DNA of 64,000 nucleotides from Myxococcota bacterium (GTDB lineage Bacteria > Myxococcota_A > UBA796 > UBA2385): contig JBIJDH010000020.1 of assembly GCA_044344255.1 (NCBI GenBank), positions 32,001 to 96,000 of the forward strand, in the 5' to 3' direction. This document shows, one piece after another, positions 38,401 through 47,905 of the stretch. The notes below the pieces were generated by a model, which saw only the letters and a list, made by a program, of their open reading frames with translations, did not search any database and was not told the DNA's origin. Positions within the stretch are counted from its first letter, which is position 1. Each line of letters begins with the position of its first letter. Position numbers and translations under genes: made by a program.

Positions 38401-39394
38401 CGCCTACGACGGCGTCGACCAGGACTGCTCCGGCGCTGACCTCACCGACGTCGACGGCGACGGCTATGACGGCGGCTCCGGCGGCGCGGACTGCGACGAC
38501 GGAGACGACACCGTGCACCCTGGCGCCACCGAGATCTGGTACGACGGCGTCGACCAGGACTGCTCGGGCGGCAGCGACTACGACCAGGACGGCGACGGGG
38601 AGCCCGCCAGCGCCTACGGGGGCAAGGACTGTGACGACGAAGACGCGACCGTCAACAGCAGCGCCACCGAGCTCTGGTACGACGGCGTCGATGGCAACTG
38701 CGACGGCTCGGACGACTACGACCAAGACCTCGACGGCCACCGGGACGACAACTACGGCGGCGACGACTGCAACGACCTCGACGCTGGCGTAAACCCCGAC
38801 GCGCCGGAGGCCTGGTACGACGGCGTCGACTCCGACTGCTCCGGCGGCAGCGACTACGACCAGGACGGCGACGGATACGACGCGGCGGCCTACGGCGGCC
38901 CGGACTGTGACGACGTGGACGCCGACATCCACCCCGCCGCCACCGAGGTCTGGTACGACGGGGTCGATCAGGACTGCTCCGGCGGCAGCGACTACGACCA
39001 GGACGGCGACGGCTACGACATGGGCACCGCCGCCGACTCGGACTGCGACGACGGGGACACGAGCATCCACCCCGGCGCCCCTGACGAAGAGGGCGACGGC
39101 GAGGACTCGGACTGTGACGGCAGTGACGGCGGCACCGCCGACGGCGGCGACGGCACCGATGGCACGGACGGCACCGACGGCACCGATGGCACCGACGGCG
39201 CCGACGGCGGCGACGAGGGATCGGGCACCGCCGACGGCGGCGATGGGACCAACGGCAGCGACGGCGTGGCCGGTGGCGAGGACAACGGGGGTAAGGGCGG
39301 CTGCAGCAGCACGGGCGGACAGGCTCCGCGCGGGGCCGCGGGCCTCGCCCTGGCCGGCCTGCTGGCCGCGGTGACGCTGCGCCGTCGCCGCTGA
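35471..39394 (+). CDS. Large cell-surface protein: Tyr-rich parallel beta-helix, nine Cys-rich putative metal-binding repeats, MYXO-CTERM-like anchor
   Basis: Signal peptide; TISSAI..GDTIQVAPGTY; many F..N.A..GGAIY repeats; DMGAYGG; 9x DCDD..PGA.E.WYDGVD.DCSG; (GTD)n; GGCSSTGG..TM..RRRR. Confidence 0.9.
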   Translation: MTLLLALISPSFAATLAVNATSGPYYTISSAITAASSGDTIQVAPGTYAQCLDLGGKNLTFIGTGGSAVTTLKGSSTCATGGVNIDSSETASFTGFTITNPSYRAIYAVNANLTFTDVILSGSGSTSYNGGGLYQSGGSTTFTNSQIKNNNGYYGGGLYLTGHGTLNLTDTTVSGNYAYYGGGVYVEYSSSAGSSALNVDGTTFSSNYTSYSGGAVYLSTSATLTSTDSAYTSNYGYYTHGAAIYAYTGATIHSTGDAFTGNASLYYTSGYTGGAIYLYGSNTLVAEGDTFTSNTAYNGGAIYAYNYSDVTVSDTEFTSNTAYYHGGAIYADYYVDLDITGATFTSNKGSNGYGGAIYNYRYGSLTVDTATFSNSSAYYSGGAVYLNTGVDSAFTDTLFTGNSALNGSGGAIYDYYYADLSLTGTDFTSNTAYSDGGAIYMEALISSVPITDAVFTSNTAYRGYGGAVYNYNQTDVDIATATFVGNTAYYSGGALYQYYYSDLSVADAAFSTNTSTYGHGGAIYFYPYASGVGSLDISASTFDDSNAYYNGGAIYAYAVNDFSLTDSELDDNDANTVGSSYSGGALYLYSSKTTTLANNLFCDNSAYYGGGVWTYYSYGGAGTDTWTNNLFIDNSATHSGGAVYENTNYYASRVNNTFAGNAATYYGGTVYAYYAYISFINNIVAYTTSGNGVYGYDSNSSTYSNFLYNDWYVNSAADRAGTFSFSTSGNGNITSAPGFTKYSADGNCANDDFTLKAGSATIDAGYPGYSDPDGSASDMGAYGGSGSSLTDADHDGVYSTSDCDDGDASVFPGATEACNGKDDDCDGATDEAGSTGESTWYRDADTDAYGNPLVSVSACDQPSGYVADNTDCDDTSAAEHPGATEVPYDGIDQDCSGADLTDVDGDGYPGGTSGTDCDDGNGAVHPGASESWYDGVDADCSGGSDYDQDGDGQDASAYGGTDCLDTDAAIYTGATEVAYDGVDQDCSGADLTDVDGDGYDGGSGGADCDDGDDTVHPGATEIWYDGVDQDCSGGSDYDQDGDGEPASAYGGKDCDDEDATVNSSATELWYDGVDGNCDGSDDYDQDLDGHRDDNYGGDDCNDLDAGVNPDAPEAWYDGVDSDCSGGSDYDQDGDGYDAAAYGGPDCDDVDADIHPAATEVWYDGVDQDCSGGSDYDQDGDGYDMGTAADSDCDDGDTSIHPGAPDEEGDGEDSDCDGSDGGTADGGDGTDGTDGTDGTDGTDGADGGDEGSGTADGGDGTNGSDGVAGGEDNGGKGGCSSTGGQAPRGAAGLALAGLLAAVTLRRRR

Positions 39395-39443
39395 AGAGAG
39401 GGCGCGGGGGACGCCCGCCAGCGCGGCGCCCCTCCGCCTCCGC

Positions 39444-42400
39444 CTACTTGATCACCACCCGGTCGGTCGCGGAGCGCCCGAAGGTCTCCGGGTGGTACAT
39501 CTCCTCCGCCTTGGCCGGCGGGACCACGAACGCCCCGGGGGTGGTGGCGCGGGCCACGTAGCTGTACTCGTGGACCCCGTCCCAGAGCAGGCTGGCGAAG
39601 ACCTCCACGCGGTCGTCGCGCATGTTCTCGTGATCATACCAGGGCCCCCACCAGCGCCACCAGCCGCCGCGGCCGCCCCAGGGCGGGGGCATCGGGCCGG
39701 TCTTCTGCTGATCGGGCGGCAGGTCACCCACCACCTTGAGCTCGGGGTTGAGCACCTCGAGGCCGGCGGGCAAAGGGTCCACGAGGGCGACGTGGGTGCG
39801 GCGGGCGGGCGCCACCATCGTCACCCGCACGCGCACGCGGCTCCCGGCGCGGAGGGTCCAGGTGCCGTCCGCCTCGCGGCGCACGTCGCTCGGATCATCG
39901 ATGGCCTCGTAGCGGCGCTCCACCGCGAAGCCGGCGTCGAAGGCAGCGAGCGTCAGGTCCTTCGGCGCGTAGCGCATGCCCACGCGGTAATAGAGCCGCC
40001 CCGCCCCTTGTCGGGCCACGATGAGGTCGCGGGTCTTGCCCTCGGCGCCCGCCGTGTCGCTGAGCCAGGCCATCGGGACGTCGATCTCTGAGGTCTCGGT
40101 GGTGCGCCCCTTGAAGCGGTGCTCTCCGGCGAACCGATCCCCCAGCCAGACCCGCGCCACGAAGTCGGGGGTCACGCCCTCATAGGTGTGGAAGTAGCGG
40201 TCCATCGCCAGCAGCACCCAGATGTTGTCCTGGGTCGAGGACCAGCGCCCCTTCACGCGGTGGCCGAGCAGCGCCCGGACCACCTTCGGGATGAGGTCGT
40301 TCTTCGGGTCAACCTGGATGAGCGAGTCGACGAGGATGGCGTCCACGCGCCGATCAGAGTGCAGGAGCAGGTAGGCGTCGTCGCCGTAGCTGGTCACGAA
40401 GTGGGCGTCGGAGGCGGTCTCGGTCACCTTGTTGTTGAGCTGGCGCATCGCCTGCGCGAGCAGGGTGCCCTGACCCCCGGCCTTCCAGGTGGGCAGCAGC
40501 CAGCCGATCGCCTCGAGCGACATCTTGTCGACCCCGCCCCACTCCTCGGTGAGGCTCACCGCCCGCTTGACGTCTCCATCTCCCGCGAGCTGCCGCACGT
40601 AGAGGGCGTAGGCCGTGAGCGTCCGCCGGGCCTCGGGGCCGTACTCCCGAGGGATGCGCCGCTCGATCGCCCGGAGGTAGCCGAGGGCGCGGTCTCGGGT
40701 GGCGCGCGGCACCGCGAAGCCCTTGGCCTCCGCGCGCACGAGGGCGTGGGCGACGTGGACGCTCACATAGGGCCAGCTCTCCTGGCCCTTTCGCCAGAAG
40801 GCCCAGCCGCCGTCGCTGTTCTGGCGGAAGGCGAGCTCCTCGATGTCGGCGGCCGTCGCGCGCTGGAGGGCGGCGGCGTCGGGCAGCCCGGGCGCCTCGA
40901 AGGCGCCGAGCACGTCCTTCAAGGCCGCGACACCGAGCACCCGGCTGGAGAGCTGCTCGGCGCAGCCGTAGGGGTAGTCCGTGAGGTAGATCACGGCGTC
41001 GGTGAGGGCCTGGAGCTGGGTGGAGGAGGTGCTGACCTCGAGGCCGCCGAACTGGGTCCACACCTCTCCCGGCAGCGTGACGGGCTGCCTCAGGGTGACG
41101 CTGGCCTCCTTCCCGTCGAGCTCGCCGTAGGTCGCGAAGGCCTCGCTCGTGGCGGGGGTCCAGACGGGGAGCGAGATCTCGGCGGCGTCCGACCAGTCCA
41201 CATGGGAGCGCGGAGACACCGCCGCTTGGAACCTCGCCTTCCCGGACGACACCGTCTCGGTGGGGAAGCGGAGCTCGGCGCGGTCGTTGGCGGGCACGGT
41301 GAAGCGCTGTCCCGCCGACGCCGCCCCGCTGAAGGTGGCGTTCACGGCACGGACGGCGAGATCGACCTCGATGGGCTGATCGGTCTGGTTCTGCACCACG
41401 AAGGGCAGCTCGAAGCGGTCGCCGAAGTTGAGGAAGCGCGGCGCGCTCGGGCGCAGCATCAGCGCCTTGCGGGCGGTGACGCTGGACTCGCCCTTGCCGA
41501 AGCGCTGGCCGCCCGAGACCGCGACGGCCGTGATCCGGTAGCGGGTGAGCGAGTCCGGGAGCTTGAGCTGGACCACGGCCTTGCCCGCCGCGTCGGTGGG
41601 GGTCGCGGGGAGCCACAACGCGGTCGGGTTCCAGTTGGTGCGCACCGCGATGGCGGGGCCGGTGGGCTGCGCGGGCTCGTCGGGGGCGCTCTCCGCCATC
41701 TCCATCTGCGCCTTCATCTTGGGGGCGGCCCGGGTCACCGAGGCCGCACCCGAGGTCGGCGCCGCAGCGGGTGCCGGCGGGGGCGCCGCCATCGGCCTCA
41801 CCTCTCGCTCGCCACCGTCTCGCAGCATGTCGCCGTCGGCCGCCCCGCCGCCGCCGAAGCCCTCACCCGACAGGCCGAGGCCGCCCGGGGCCTGGTCGGC
41901 GAGGGCGCTCGGATCGACGAGCCAGAGCATCGCCCGAGAGTGGCTGTCGTACACCTCGGCGCCGCGGTCGAAGTAGAAGGCGCCGATGGGGTCGGGGAGG
42001 GAGTAGCCCGAGAGCGCGAGCACCGACTCGTCTACGACGACGACGGCGACGAGGCTCCCTGCGACCGGCCGCCCGGAGGCGTCCTTCACCGAGACGTCGA
42101 GGGTCGTGGAGCCGCCGGGCTCGACGGCGGCCTCCCGCGGGCGGACCGCCACCCCCAAGGTGCGCTGTAAGGGCGGGACGCGCAGGTTGACGGTGCCGGT
42201 CGCGTAGGCCGGCCGGAGGGGCTTGGCCGTGAGGTCCTCCGCCGCGGCCCCCGCGCGGGGCGCCGCGCCGACGAGGTCGACCTGCACGTTGAGGTTCGGG
42301 ACCATGCCCTCCTCGATCGGCACCTTGAGCACGGTCGTGCTGCTCGTCATCGTGAAGCGCTGGGCCTGGACGAGCCCGGTGCGCCGCCAGGTGACGACCC

Positions 42401-45400
42401 CCTCCGCCGGGGTGAAGGGGGACTGGACGAGGAGCTCGGCCACCTCGCCGGCCTGGAAGGACTCCTGGTTGGGGATCAGCACCACCTGCTGCTGCTCGAC
42501 GGTGCGGCTGGGCTTGGCCTCCCCGCCCGACACCCACACCGTGGTGCGGGTCTGGTTGCTGCGGCCCTGGGCGTCGACCACGGTGGCCTCGAGGGTGAAG
42601 GCGCCGCCCGCCTTGGGCTTGAAGGTGGCGCGGACCGGCTCCGTGCCGGAGGTGAGCTCGAGGGTCTGGCGCTCGACCTCCTCCTCCTTCCATTGCCCGT
42701 TCGGCTGCACCTTCCAGGCCTTCCGCACGAAGGCCAGCGCCACCGCTCGGCCGGCCACCGCGCCGCCGTCGATGTTGGGGGTGACCAGGGTGAAGGTGAC
42801 GTCCTGACCTTCATTGTAGAAGGGTCGATCGAGCTTCACGCCGACGTAGACCGAGGCCGGGTGGAGCAGCAGGCTGGTGGAGCCGGTCCAGGCCTGTCGG
42901 TTCACGTCCTGCACCGTGGCGGTGGCCTGAACCGTCATCGGCCGCGCCGGCTTGAGCGCGGCGAAGTGCATGTCGAGGTGGTGCTTGCCGGTGGCGTCGG
43001 TGCTGCCCTTCAGGGTCCAGGGCCCACCCTCCGGGGTGACCTCGCCGCCGCCCTCGTCGCCCCACCAGCTCCGCTGGAGCCACCAGGGCGTCCACTCCCC
43101 GAAGCTGTACTCGCCCCAGCCGGGGGGGCTGAAGCTGCCGGCGGTCGCGGTGACGGTCCAGTGGGTCTCGGCGCCAGGGAGCGCGCCACCTGCGTAGTAG
43201 TTGGCCGAGACCGTGGCGAGGGCGGACTGGCCGAGGACGTGCGGGCCGACCGTCTCGACGCTGGCGCTCACCTCGAACTCGGGCCGACGGAACTCCTGGA
43301 CCTGGAACCCGTAGTTGCTGGCGGTGTTCGTGAGGCCGCCGAAGCCCTCCGCCACGAGCAGGAAGGTGGCGTCACCGAGGTTCATCTCGCTCGGGATCTT
43401 CGCCTTGAGATCGAAGCCGCCGCTCTCATCGACGGGGGTGCTGCCGCTCAGCACGTCGTTGCCGACCGCGTCGCGGAGGGTCCAGCGCACGGTGCGGCGC
43501 TCGGGGGGGAGCGCGGCGAGGTCACCACCCTCCCGGTTCTGCCAGGCCCGCAGCCAGCCCTTGACGAAGACCTCCTCGCCGGGGCGCGCCATGTGGCGGT
43601 CGTCAAAGACGTACCAGAGCAGCCGATCGCTGTGATCGCGCTTCACCCAGCTTGTGCTGTACCAGCCGTGGTTCTGGTCTTGCTCGCTCAAGATGGCGAC
43701 GTCGCCGCCGCGGCGAGCGACGAGCAGGGTGGGGGTCTCGCCGCCCGGGCTGGCCGAGGGGAGCGGCAAGCGGGCGAGGCCGTCGGCGGCCGTGCGGGCC
43801 CCGGCCGCGCCAGTGCCACCGGGGAGGATCGAGAGCTCGACGTCGGAGAGGGGCTTGCCGGTGGCGAGGTCGGTGGCCCAGGCCAGCAGCTCATCGGCGT
43901 CGCTCATCGCGGTCAGACCGATGTCGGTCACCTGCACCCAGACGAGCACCCGCTGGCGGTCCCACTTGTCCTTGGGCGGCTTCGTCGGCTCGACCATCAC
44001 GACGAGCTGGCCGTGGCCCTCGGTGAGGAAGGGCCGGAGATCGAGGTTCGTCTCCACCTGGGTGTCGGCCACCGCCTGCACCGGCACCTTCTGGTCGATG
44101 AGCAGCGCCCCCGGGAGCTTCATGCCGCGGTCTTCCGCGTCCCAGGTGCGCATCCAGGCCCCGAAGGCGCCCCAGTCCCCGGGGGTGACCCGGAAGACCT
44201 TCATCCGCAGCGCCTCATGGTTGACGGAGTAGACCGTGAGCGCCGGATCGCCGATGGGATCGAGCAGCACGGTGTTCCGCGGCGGGCCGGAGAGCTGCGG
44301 CCGCAGGGCCTCGGCCTTGCCCACCTTGAAGGTGGCCGACCAGGCCCGCTCGCTCACCTGCCCGAAGCTGTCCTTCAAGCCCGGCTTGACCTTTACGGTG
44401 TAGGTGGTCTGCGGCTTGGTGGCCCCCTGGACCTGCAGCCAGGCCCCGGAGACGAAGATCGAGGCGCCCGGCAGCGGCGGCGAGATCTCGACGAGGGCGG
44501 GGTCAAAGGCCTCGCCGTCGAGCGGGTTCGAGAACTGGAGCTGCCAGCCCGTGCCGGGGCGGCAGTCTTTGTTCCAGCCGCAGCGGCTGTCGACGAGGTT
44601 GAGCTCGCCGTAGGTGCGGAAGCTGCTCGACTGGGCCTTCGGGGTGCGGAGCGGGCCCTCGGCAGAGGGGGCGCCCGCCTCCACCATCACCGTCATCGAG
44701 GTGGCGAAGGGCAGGGGCGCCGTGGGCCGCAGCACGAGGAAGCGGTCGGGCTGCAAGCCCTGGACGCGCAGACGCATGTCGGCGTCGGCCTCGATCTCGG
44801 GGGCGTCGGCGAGGCGGAAGGGGAAGGCGGTCTGCCCGAAGCGGAGCTTGATGTGGCCCGACATCTGCTCGCGATCGATCTTCTGGTCAAAGGAGACGAG
44901 GATGAGCGGGTCGCGCACGGTCGGGCCGCCGACGGGGCTCCAGCCGGTCACCTGCGGAGCGGGGGTGGTGAAGACCCGCTCGAAGGGCTGGGGGAGCGCG
45001 CCGCCGCTGGCCGACTTCGTGCCCGCCAGCACCCGCATGGTGTACTTCGTGGCCATCGGGAAGCGGCCATCGGGCTCGAAGAGCAGCGTGCGGGTGCCGA
45101 TCCAACGCCACTGGCCGGGGGGCGTGGGCTCGAGCACGACGGGCCGCGTCGCCGCCGCCTCCGCCACGCTCGTCACGGCCACCATCGGCTGGTTGAAGGT
45201 GACGCTGAGCGAGGCCGCGATGGGCACGTCGCCCTCTGGGGAGGCCCGCAGCACCTGGAGCGGGCCCGCCACGACGGCCTCCGGCGCCGACAGCTCCCCG
45301 GGCGGCGGGAAGGTCTCGGCCACGGTCTCGCCCTTCAGCGGGGGCGGAAGCGAGTCCGGACGCTTGGCGAAGTCGACCCGGTCGCCGGTCGCCTCCTCCA

Positions 45401-45671
45401 ACTTCGGCAGGCGGGCGAGGAGGCCCGCGGTCTCCGCCTCCGAGAGGGCCACCGCGGGGGTGGCGGCGCTGCGCTCCACCCGGCCGCCAGGAGGGGTGGC
45501 CTCGGAGAGCTCGATTCGAACGACCGGCTCTACAGGGTTCGCATCGAAGACCAGCTTCATCGTAGACTCCGCGGCAGAGGCGCCGTCGTCGAGGCCCTCG
45601 GGGGCCGTCAAGGCCGGGCGCTTGCAGGTGCAGAGGAGGACCAGGCCGAGGCCGGCGAGGAGGCGACGCAT
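39444..45671 (-). CDS. Alpha-2-macroglobulin-family lipoprotein with intact thioester motif
   Basis: N-terminal Cys signal; Ig-like domains; DR..RPGEEV..KG (MG2); VQEFRRPEFEV; LPDSLTRY..AVA; YPYGCAEQ; QNSDGGW; DPLPAGLE; PPAKAEEMY.PE.FGRS. Confidence 0.93.
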   Translation of the reverse strand: MRRLLAGLGLVLLCTCKRPALTAPEGLDDGASAAESTMKLVFDANPVEPVVRIELSEATPPGGRVERSAATPAVALSEAETAGLLARLPKLEEATGDRVDFAKRPDSLPPPLKGETVAETFPPPGELSAPEAVVAGPLQVLRASPEGDVPIAASLSVTFNQPMVAVTSVAEAAATRPVVLEPTPPGQWRWIGTRTLLFEPDGRFPMATKYTMRVLAGTKSASGGALPQPFERVFTTPAPQVTGWSPVGGPTVRDPLILVSFDQKIDREQMSGHIKLRFGQTAFPFRLADAPEIEADADMRLRVQGLQPDRFLVLRPTAPLPFATSMTVMVEAGAPSAEGPLRTPKAQSSSFRTYGELNLVDSRCGWNKDCRPGTGWQLQFSNPLDGEAFDPALVEISPPLPGASIFVSGAWLQVQGATKPQTTYTVKVKPGLKDSFGQVSERAWSATFKVGKAEALRPQLSGPPRNTVLLDPIGDPALTVYSVNHEALRMKVFRVTPGDWGAFGAWMRTWDAEDRGMKLPGALLIDQKVPVQAVADTQVETNLDLRPFLTEGHGQLVVMVEPTKPPKDKWDRQRVLVWVQVTDIGLTAMSDADELLAWATDLATGKPLSDVELSILPGGTGAAGARTAADGLARLPLPSASPGGETPTLLVARRGGDVAILSEQDQNHGWYSTSWVKRDHSDRLLWYVFDDRHMARPGEEVFVKGWLRAWQNREGGDLAALPPERRTVRWTLRDAVGNDVLSGSTPVDESGGFDLKAKIPSEMNLGDATFLLVAEGFGGLTNTASNYGFQVQEFRRPEFEVSASVETVGPHVLGQSALATVSANYYAGGALPGAETHWTVTATAGSFSPPGWGEYSFGEWTPWWLQRSWWGDEGGGEVTPEGGPWTLKGSTDATGKHHLDMHFAALKPARPMTVQATATVQDVNRQAWTGSTSLLLHPASVYVGVKLDRPFYNEGQDVTFTLVTPNIDGGAVAGRAVALAFVRKAWKVQPNGQWKEEEVERQTLELTSGTEPVRATFKPKAGGAFTLEATVVDAQGRSNQTRTTVWVSGGEAKPSRTVEQQQVVLIPNQESFQAGEVAELLVQSPFTPAEGVVTWRRTGLVQAQRFTMTSSTTVLKVPIEEGMVPNLNVQVDLVGAAPRAGAAAEDLTAKPLRPAYATGTVNLRVPPLQRTLGVAVRPREAAVEPGGSTTLDVSVKDASGRPVAGSLVAVVVVDESVLALSGYSLPDPIGAFYFDRGAEVYDSHSRAMLWLVDPSALADQAPGGLGLSGEGFGGGGAADGDMLRDGGEREVRPMAAPPPAPAAAPTSGAASVTRAAPKMKAQMEMAESAPDEPAQPTGPAIAVRTNWNPTALWLPATPTDAAGKAVVQLKLPDSLTRYRITAVAVSGGQRFGKGESSVTARKALMLRPSAPRFLNFGDRFELPFVVQNQTDQPIEVDLAVRAVNATFSGAASAGQRFTVPANDRAELRFPTETVSSGKARFQAAVSPRSHVDWSDAAEISLPVWTPATSEAFATYGELDGKEASVTLRQPVTLPGEVWTQFGGLEVSTSSTQLQALTDAVIYLTDYPYGCAEQLSSRVLGVAALKDVLGAFEAPGLPDAAALQRATAADIEELAFRQNSDGGWAFWRKGQESWPYVSVHVAHALVRAEAKGFAVPRATRDRALGYLRAIERRIPREYGPEARRTLTAYALYVRQLAGDGDVKRAVSLTEEWGGVDKMSLEAIGWLLPTWKAGGQGTLLAQAMRQLNNKVTETASDAHFVTSYGDDAYLLLHSDRRVDAILVDSLIQVDPKNDLIPKVVRALLGHRVKGRWSSTQDNIWVLLAMDRYFHTYEGVTPDFVARVWLGDRFAGEHRFKGRTTETSEIDVPMAWLSDTAGAEGKTRDLIVARQGAGRLYYRVGMRYAPKDLTLAAFDAGFAVERRYEAIDDPSDVRREADGTWTLRAGSRVRVRVTMVAPARRTHVALVDPLPAGLEVLNPELKVVGDLPPDQQKTGPMPPPWGGRGGWWRWWGPWYDHENMRDDRVEVFASLLWDGVHEYSYVARATTPGAFVVPPAKAEEMYHPETFGRSATDRVVIK

Positions 45672-46669
45672 CAGGGCTCCAGAGCGGAGGGGGCCGGGAA
45701 GGCGCGGCGGAGGGAGACGAGGTTCATCACCGTCTCGCAGTCCACCTCGACGCTCCGGAAGAAGGCGCGCAGCACCCGGTTCGGGCCGAATTCGTGCACC
45801 GGCTCACCCGTGGCGGCGAGGGCGCGCATGTTGTCCACCCAGCGGACCGTGCCCGAGATCTGCGCGACGAGCCGCCGCACGAGCTCCGCACGATCGTCCG
45901 AGTGGAAGCCGCCCGTCACATTGCAGGCGACCCGCGGCGCTCGATCGAGGGTCCAGCTCGCCGAGGCTTCGGTCAGCAGGGCCTGGAAGTCTGCCTCGAT
46001 CGGGGCCATCAGGCGGCTGTGAAAGGGGGCGCTCACGTCGAGCTTGCGGGCCCGCGCGGCCTGCCCCGCGGGGGCGGCGGCGAGGCGCTCGAGGGCGACA
46101 TCGAGGTCAGCCGCATCGCCGGAGAGCACGAGCTGGTCGGGCCCGTTGTGGTTGGCGAGATCGACGGCGAGGCCTGCGGTGAGCGCGAGGATGGCCTCGA
46201 CGTCGAGCGACTCGCCGATGATGGCGGCCATCGCCCCCCGCCCCGAGGGCACGGCCAGCTGCATCCGCCGGCCCCGCTCCCGCACGAGCACGACCGCCTG
46301 AGCGAGGGGGATGACCCCCGCGGCGACCAGGGCGGTGTACTCCCCGAGGCTGTGGCCGCCGAACCAGGCGGGCGCGTAGCCCTGCTCCGCCGCCGCCGCG
46401 AAGAGCGCGATCTCGACGGCGAGGATGGCGGGCTGCGCATACTCGGTGAGCGAGAGCCGCGGGTCCGCCCCGAAGATGAGGGCGGGGAGGTCAAGAGACA
46501 GGGCCTCGCTGGCCTCCGCGATCACCGCCCGCGCGACGGGCGTCGCCTCCACCACGTCCTTGCCCATGCCCGCCTTTTGAGCGCCCTGGCCCGTAAAGAC
46601 GGCGACCCCACGAGGGGTCCCGGAGCGGGGTGCGTGGAACACCATGGGGTGGGCGGAGCGGATGGACAC
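45671..46669 (-). CDS. fabD: Malonyl-CoA:ACP transacylase
   Basis: FTGQGAQ..GMG, TEYAQPAI, GHSLGEY, ERGRRMQ, ANHN.P.Q.VLSG, VSAPFHSRLM, VRW, EFGP. Confidence 0.92.
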   Translation of the reverse strand: MSIRSAHPMVFHAPRSGTPRGVAVFTGQGAQKAGMGKDVVEATPVARAVIAEASEALSLDLPALIFGADPRLSLTEYAQPAILAVEIALFAAAAEQGYAPAWFGGHSLGEYTALVAAGVIPLAQAVVLVRERGRRMQLAVPSGRGAMAAIIGESLDVEAILALTAGLAVDLANHNGPDQLVLSGDAADLDVALERLAAAPAGQAARARKLDVSAPFHSRLMAPIEADFQALLTEASASWTLDRAPRVACNVTGGFHSDDRAELVRRLVAQISGTVRWVDNMRALAATGEPVHEFGPNRVLRAFFRSVEVDCETVMNLVSLRRAFPAPSALEP

Positions 46670-46891
46670 GGGTCACTCCCTGAGTTGAGGTCTTGGGGGC
46701 GGCCTCTCTCGAGCGGCGCCGCGCGGGCCGACATAACCGGCGGCCGCCCCGTGCAGCCGCCGTGGAACGGATAGCCCCCCCCCTGAGCGCGCCGCCACTG
46801 CGCCCGGTCGCCGCCGCGCGCTTCGACGCCGCCTGCCTTGCCGGGCCCCCTTCGGATGTTAAGCGAGCGACCTTATTCGCCGAGGATCCCC

Positions 46892-47905
46892 ATGGGCGCC
46901 GACACGAGCCCCCTTCGTCCTGAGACCATCGACCAGCTCCAACAGGCGGTCGCCGCGGCCCAGCGGGTCCTGTTGAGCGGCCCCGTCGACCCCGATGGGG
47001 ACAGCATCGGCGCCTGCCTCGGCCTCGCCCAGATGATCCGCGCCTGCTCCTCGGCGCGGGTCGAGGTGGCGGGCAGCGCGGCCTACCGCTACGCCTGGCT
47101 CGACGGGGCGAGCGACATGGTGCCCGACGCCGCCATCCTGCCCGACTATGACGTCGTCATCATCATGGACGGTGACCGCCGTCGCCTTGTGCCCACGGTC
47201 GAGCGGGCCTTCCTCGCCGCCCCCCGCACGGTGCTGGTCGACCACCACGCCTCGACGGAGCCCGAGGGCTACGACATCGTCCTGCTCGACCCCTCCGCCG
47301 CCAGCACCACGGCGATGGTCGACGGCATCCGCGAGCGCTGGGGCCTCCCGCTCGACCCCCGCCTCGCCGCCGCGCTGTACACGGGCCTCATCTTCGACAC
47401 CGGCGGCTTCCGCCACTCGAACACGCGCCCCAGCACACTCGCCCTCGCCGCTCGCCTGATCGAGACGGGCATCGACCACGCCACGATATCGGTGCGGGTC
47501 CTCGTCGAGCGCCGGCCAGCGGGCCTCCGCCTCCTCGGCGCCGTGCTCGAGCGGGTGCGCTTCACGGCCGAGGGGCGGGTCTGCCTCGGCGCGGTCCAAG
47601 AGTCCGACTTCGTGTGCCATGGGGCCGACGGCACCGACCTCGAGGGCATCGTCGACGCCCTCGTCTACACGCGGGGCGTCGAGGTCGCCTGCCTGCTGGT
47701 CGAGCGCGGCCCGGCGCGGGTCAAGCTCAGCCTCCGCAGCCGCACCGACACCATCGACGTCTCCCGCGTCGCCCGCAGCTTCCACGGCGGCGGCGGCGGG
47801 CACCCGCGGGCCGCAGGGGTGGTGCTCGAGGTCCCGCTGGAGGAGGCCCTGCGCCTCGTCACCCAGGCGCTCGACCTCGCCGTCGCCCGCGTCTTCGCCG
47901 CCTGA
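46892..47905 (+). CDS. nrnA: DHH/DHHA1 phosphoesterase (NrnA-like nanoRNase/pAp phosphatase)
   Basis: PDGDSIG, VDHH, LYTGLIFDTGGF, KLSLRS, GGGGHPRAAG. Confidence 0.88.
   Translation: MGADTSPLRPETIDQLQQAVAAAQRVLLSGPVDPDGDSIGACLGLAQMIRACSSARVEVAGSAAYRYAWLDGASDMVPDAAILPDYDVVIIMDGDRRRLVPTVERAFLAAPRTVLVDHHASTEPEGYDIVLLDPSAASTTAMVDGIRERWGLPLDPRLAAALYTGLIFDTGGFRHSNTRPSTLALAARLIETGIDHATISVRVLVERRPAGLRLLGAVLERVRFTAEGRVCLGAVQESDFVCHGADGTDLEGIVDALVYTRGVEVACLLVERGPARVKLSLRSRTDTIDVSRVARSFHGGGGGHPRAAGVVLEVPLEEALRLVTQALDLAVARVFAA

Noticed and set aside
37850..39120. Regularly spaced near-identical DNA repeats that superficially resemble a CRISPR array
   Set aside because: They are in-frame coding repeats (DCDD..YDGVDQDCSG) of the surface protein; there is no spacer structure and no cas genes.
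39395..39443. GC-rich inverted sequence between convergent genes as a terminator
   Set aside because: Imperfect stem and no U-tract; cannot be supported by eye.
46960..47010. NrnA motif I lacks the usual His (SGPVDPDGD)
   Set aside because: The Asp ligands, DHH and GGGH motifs are intact; a single substitution is too weak to claim altered function.
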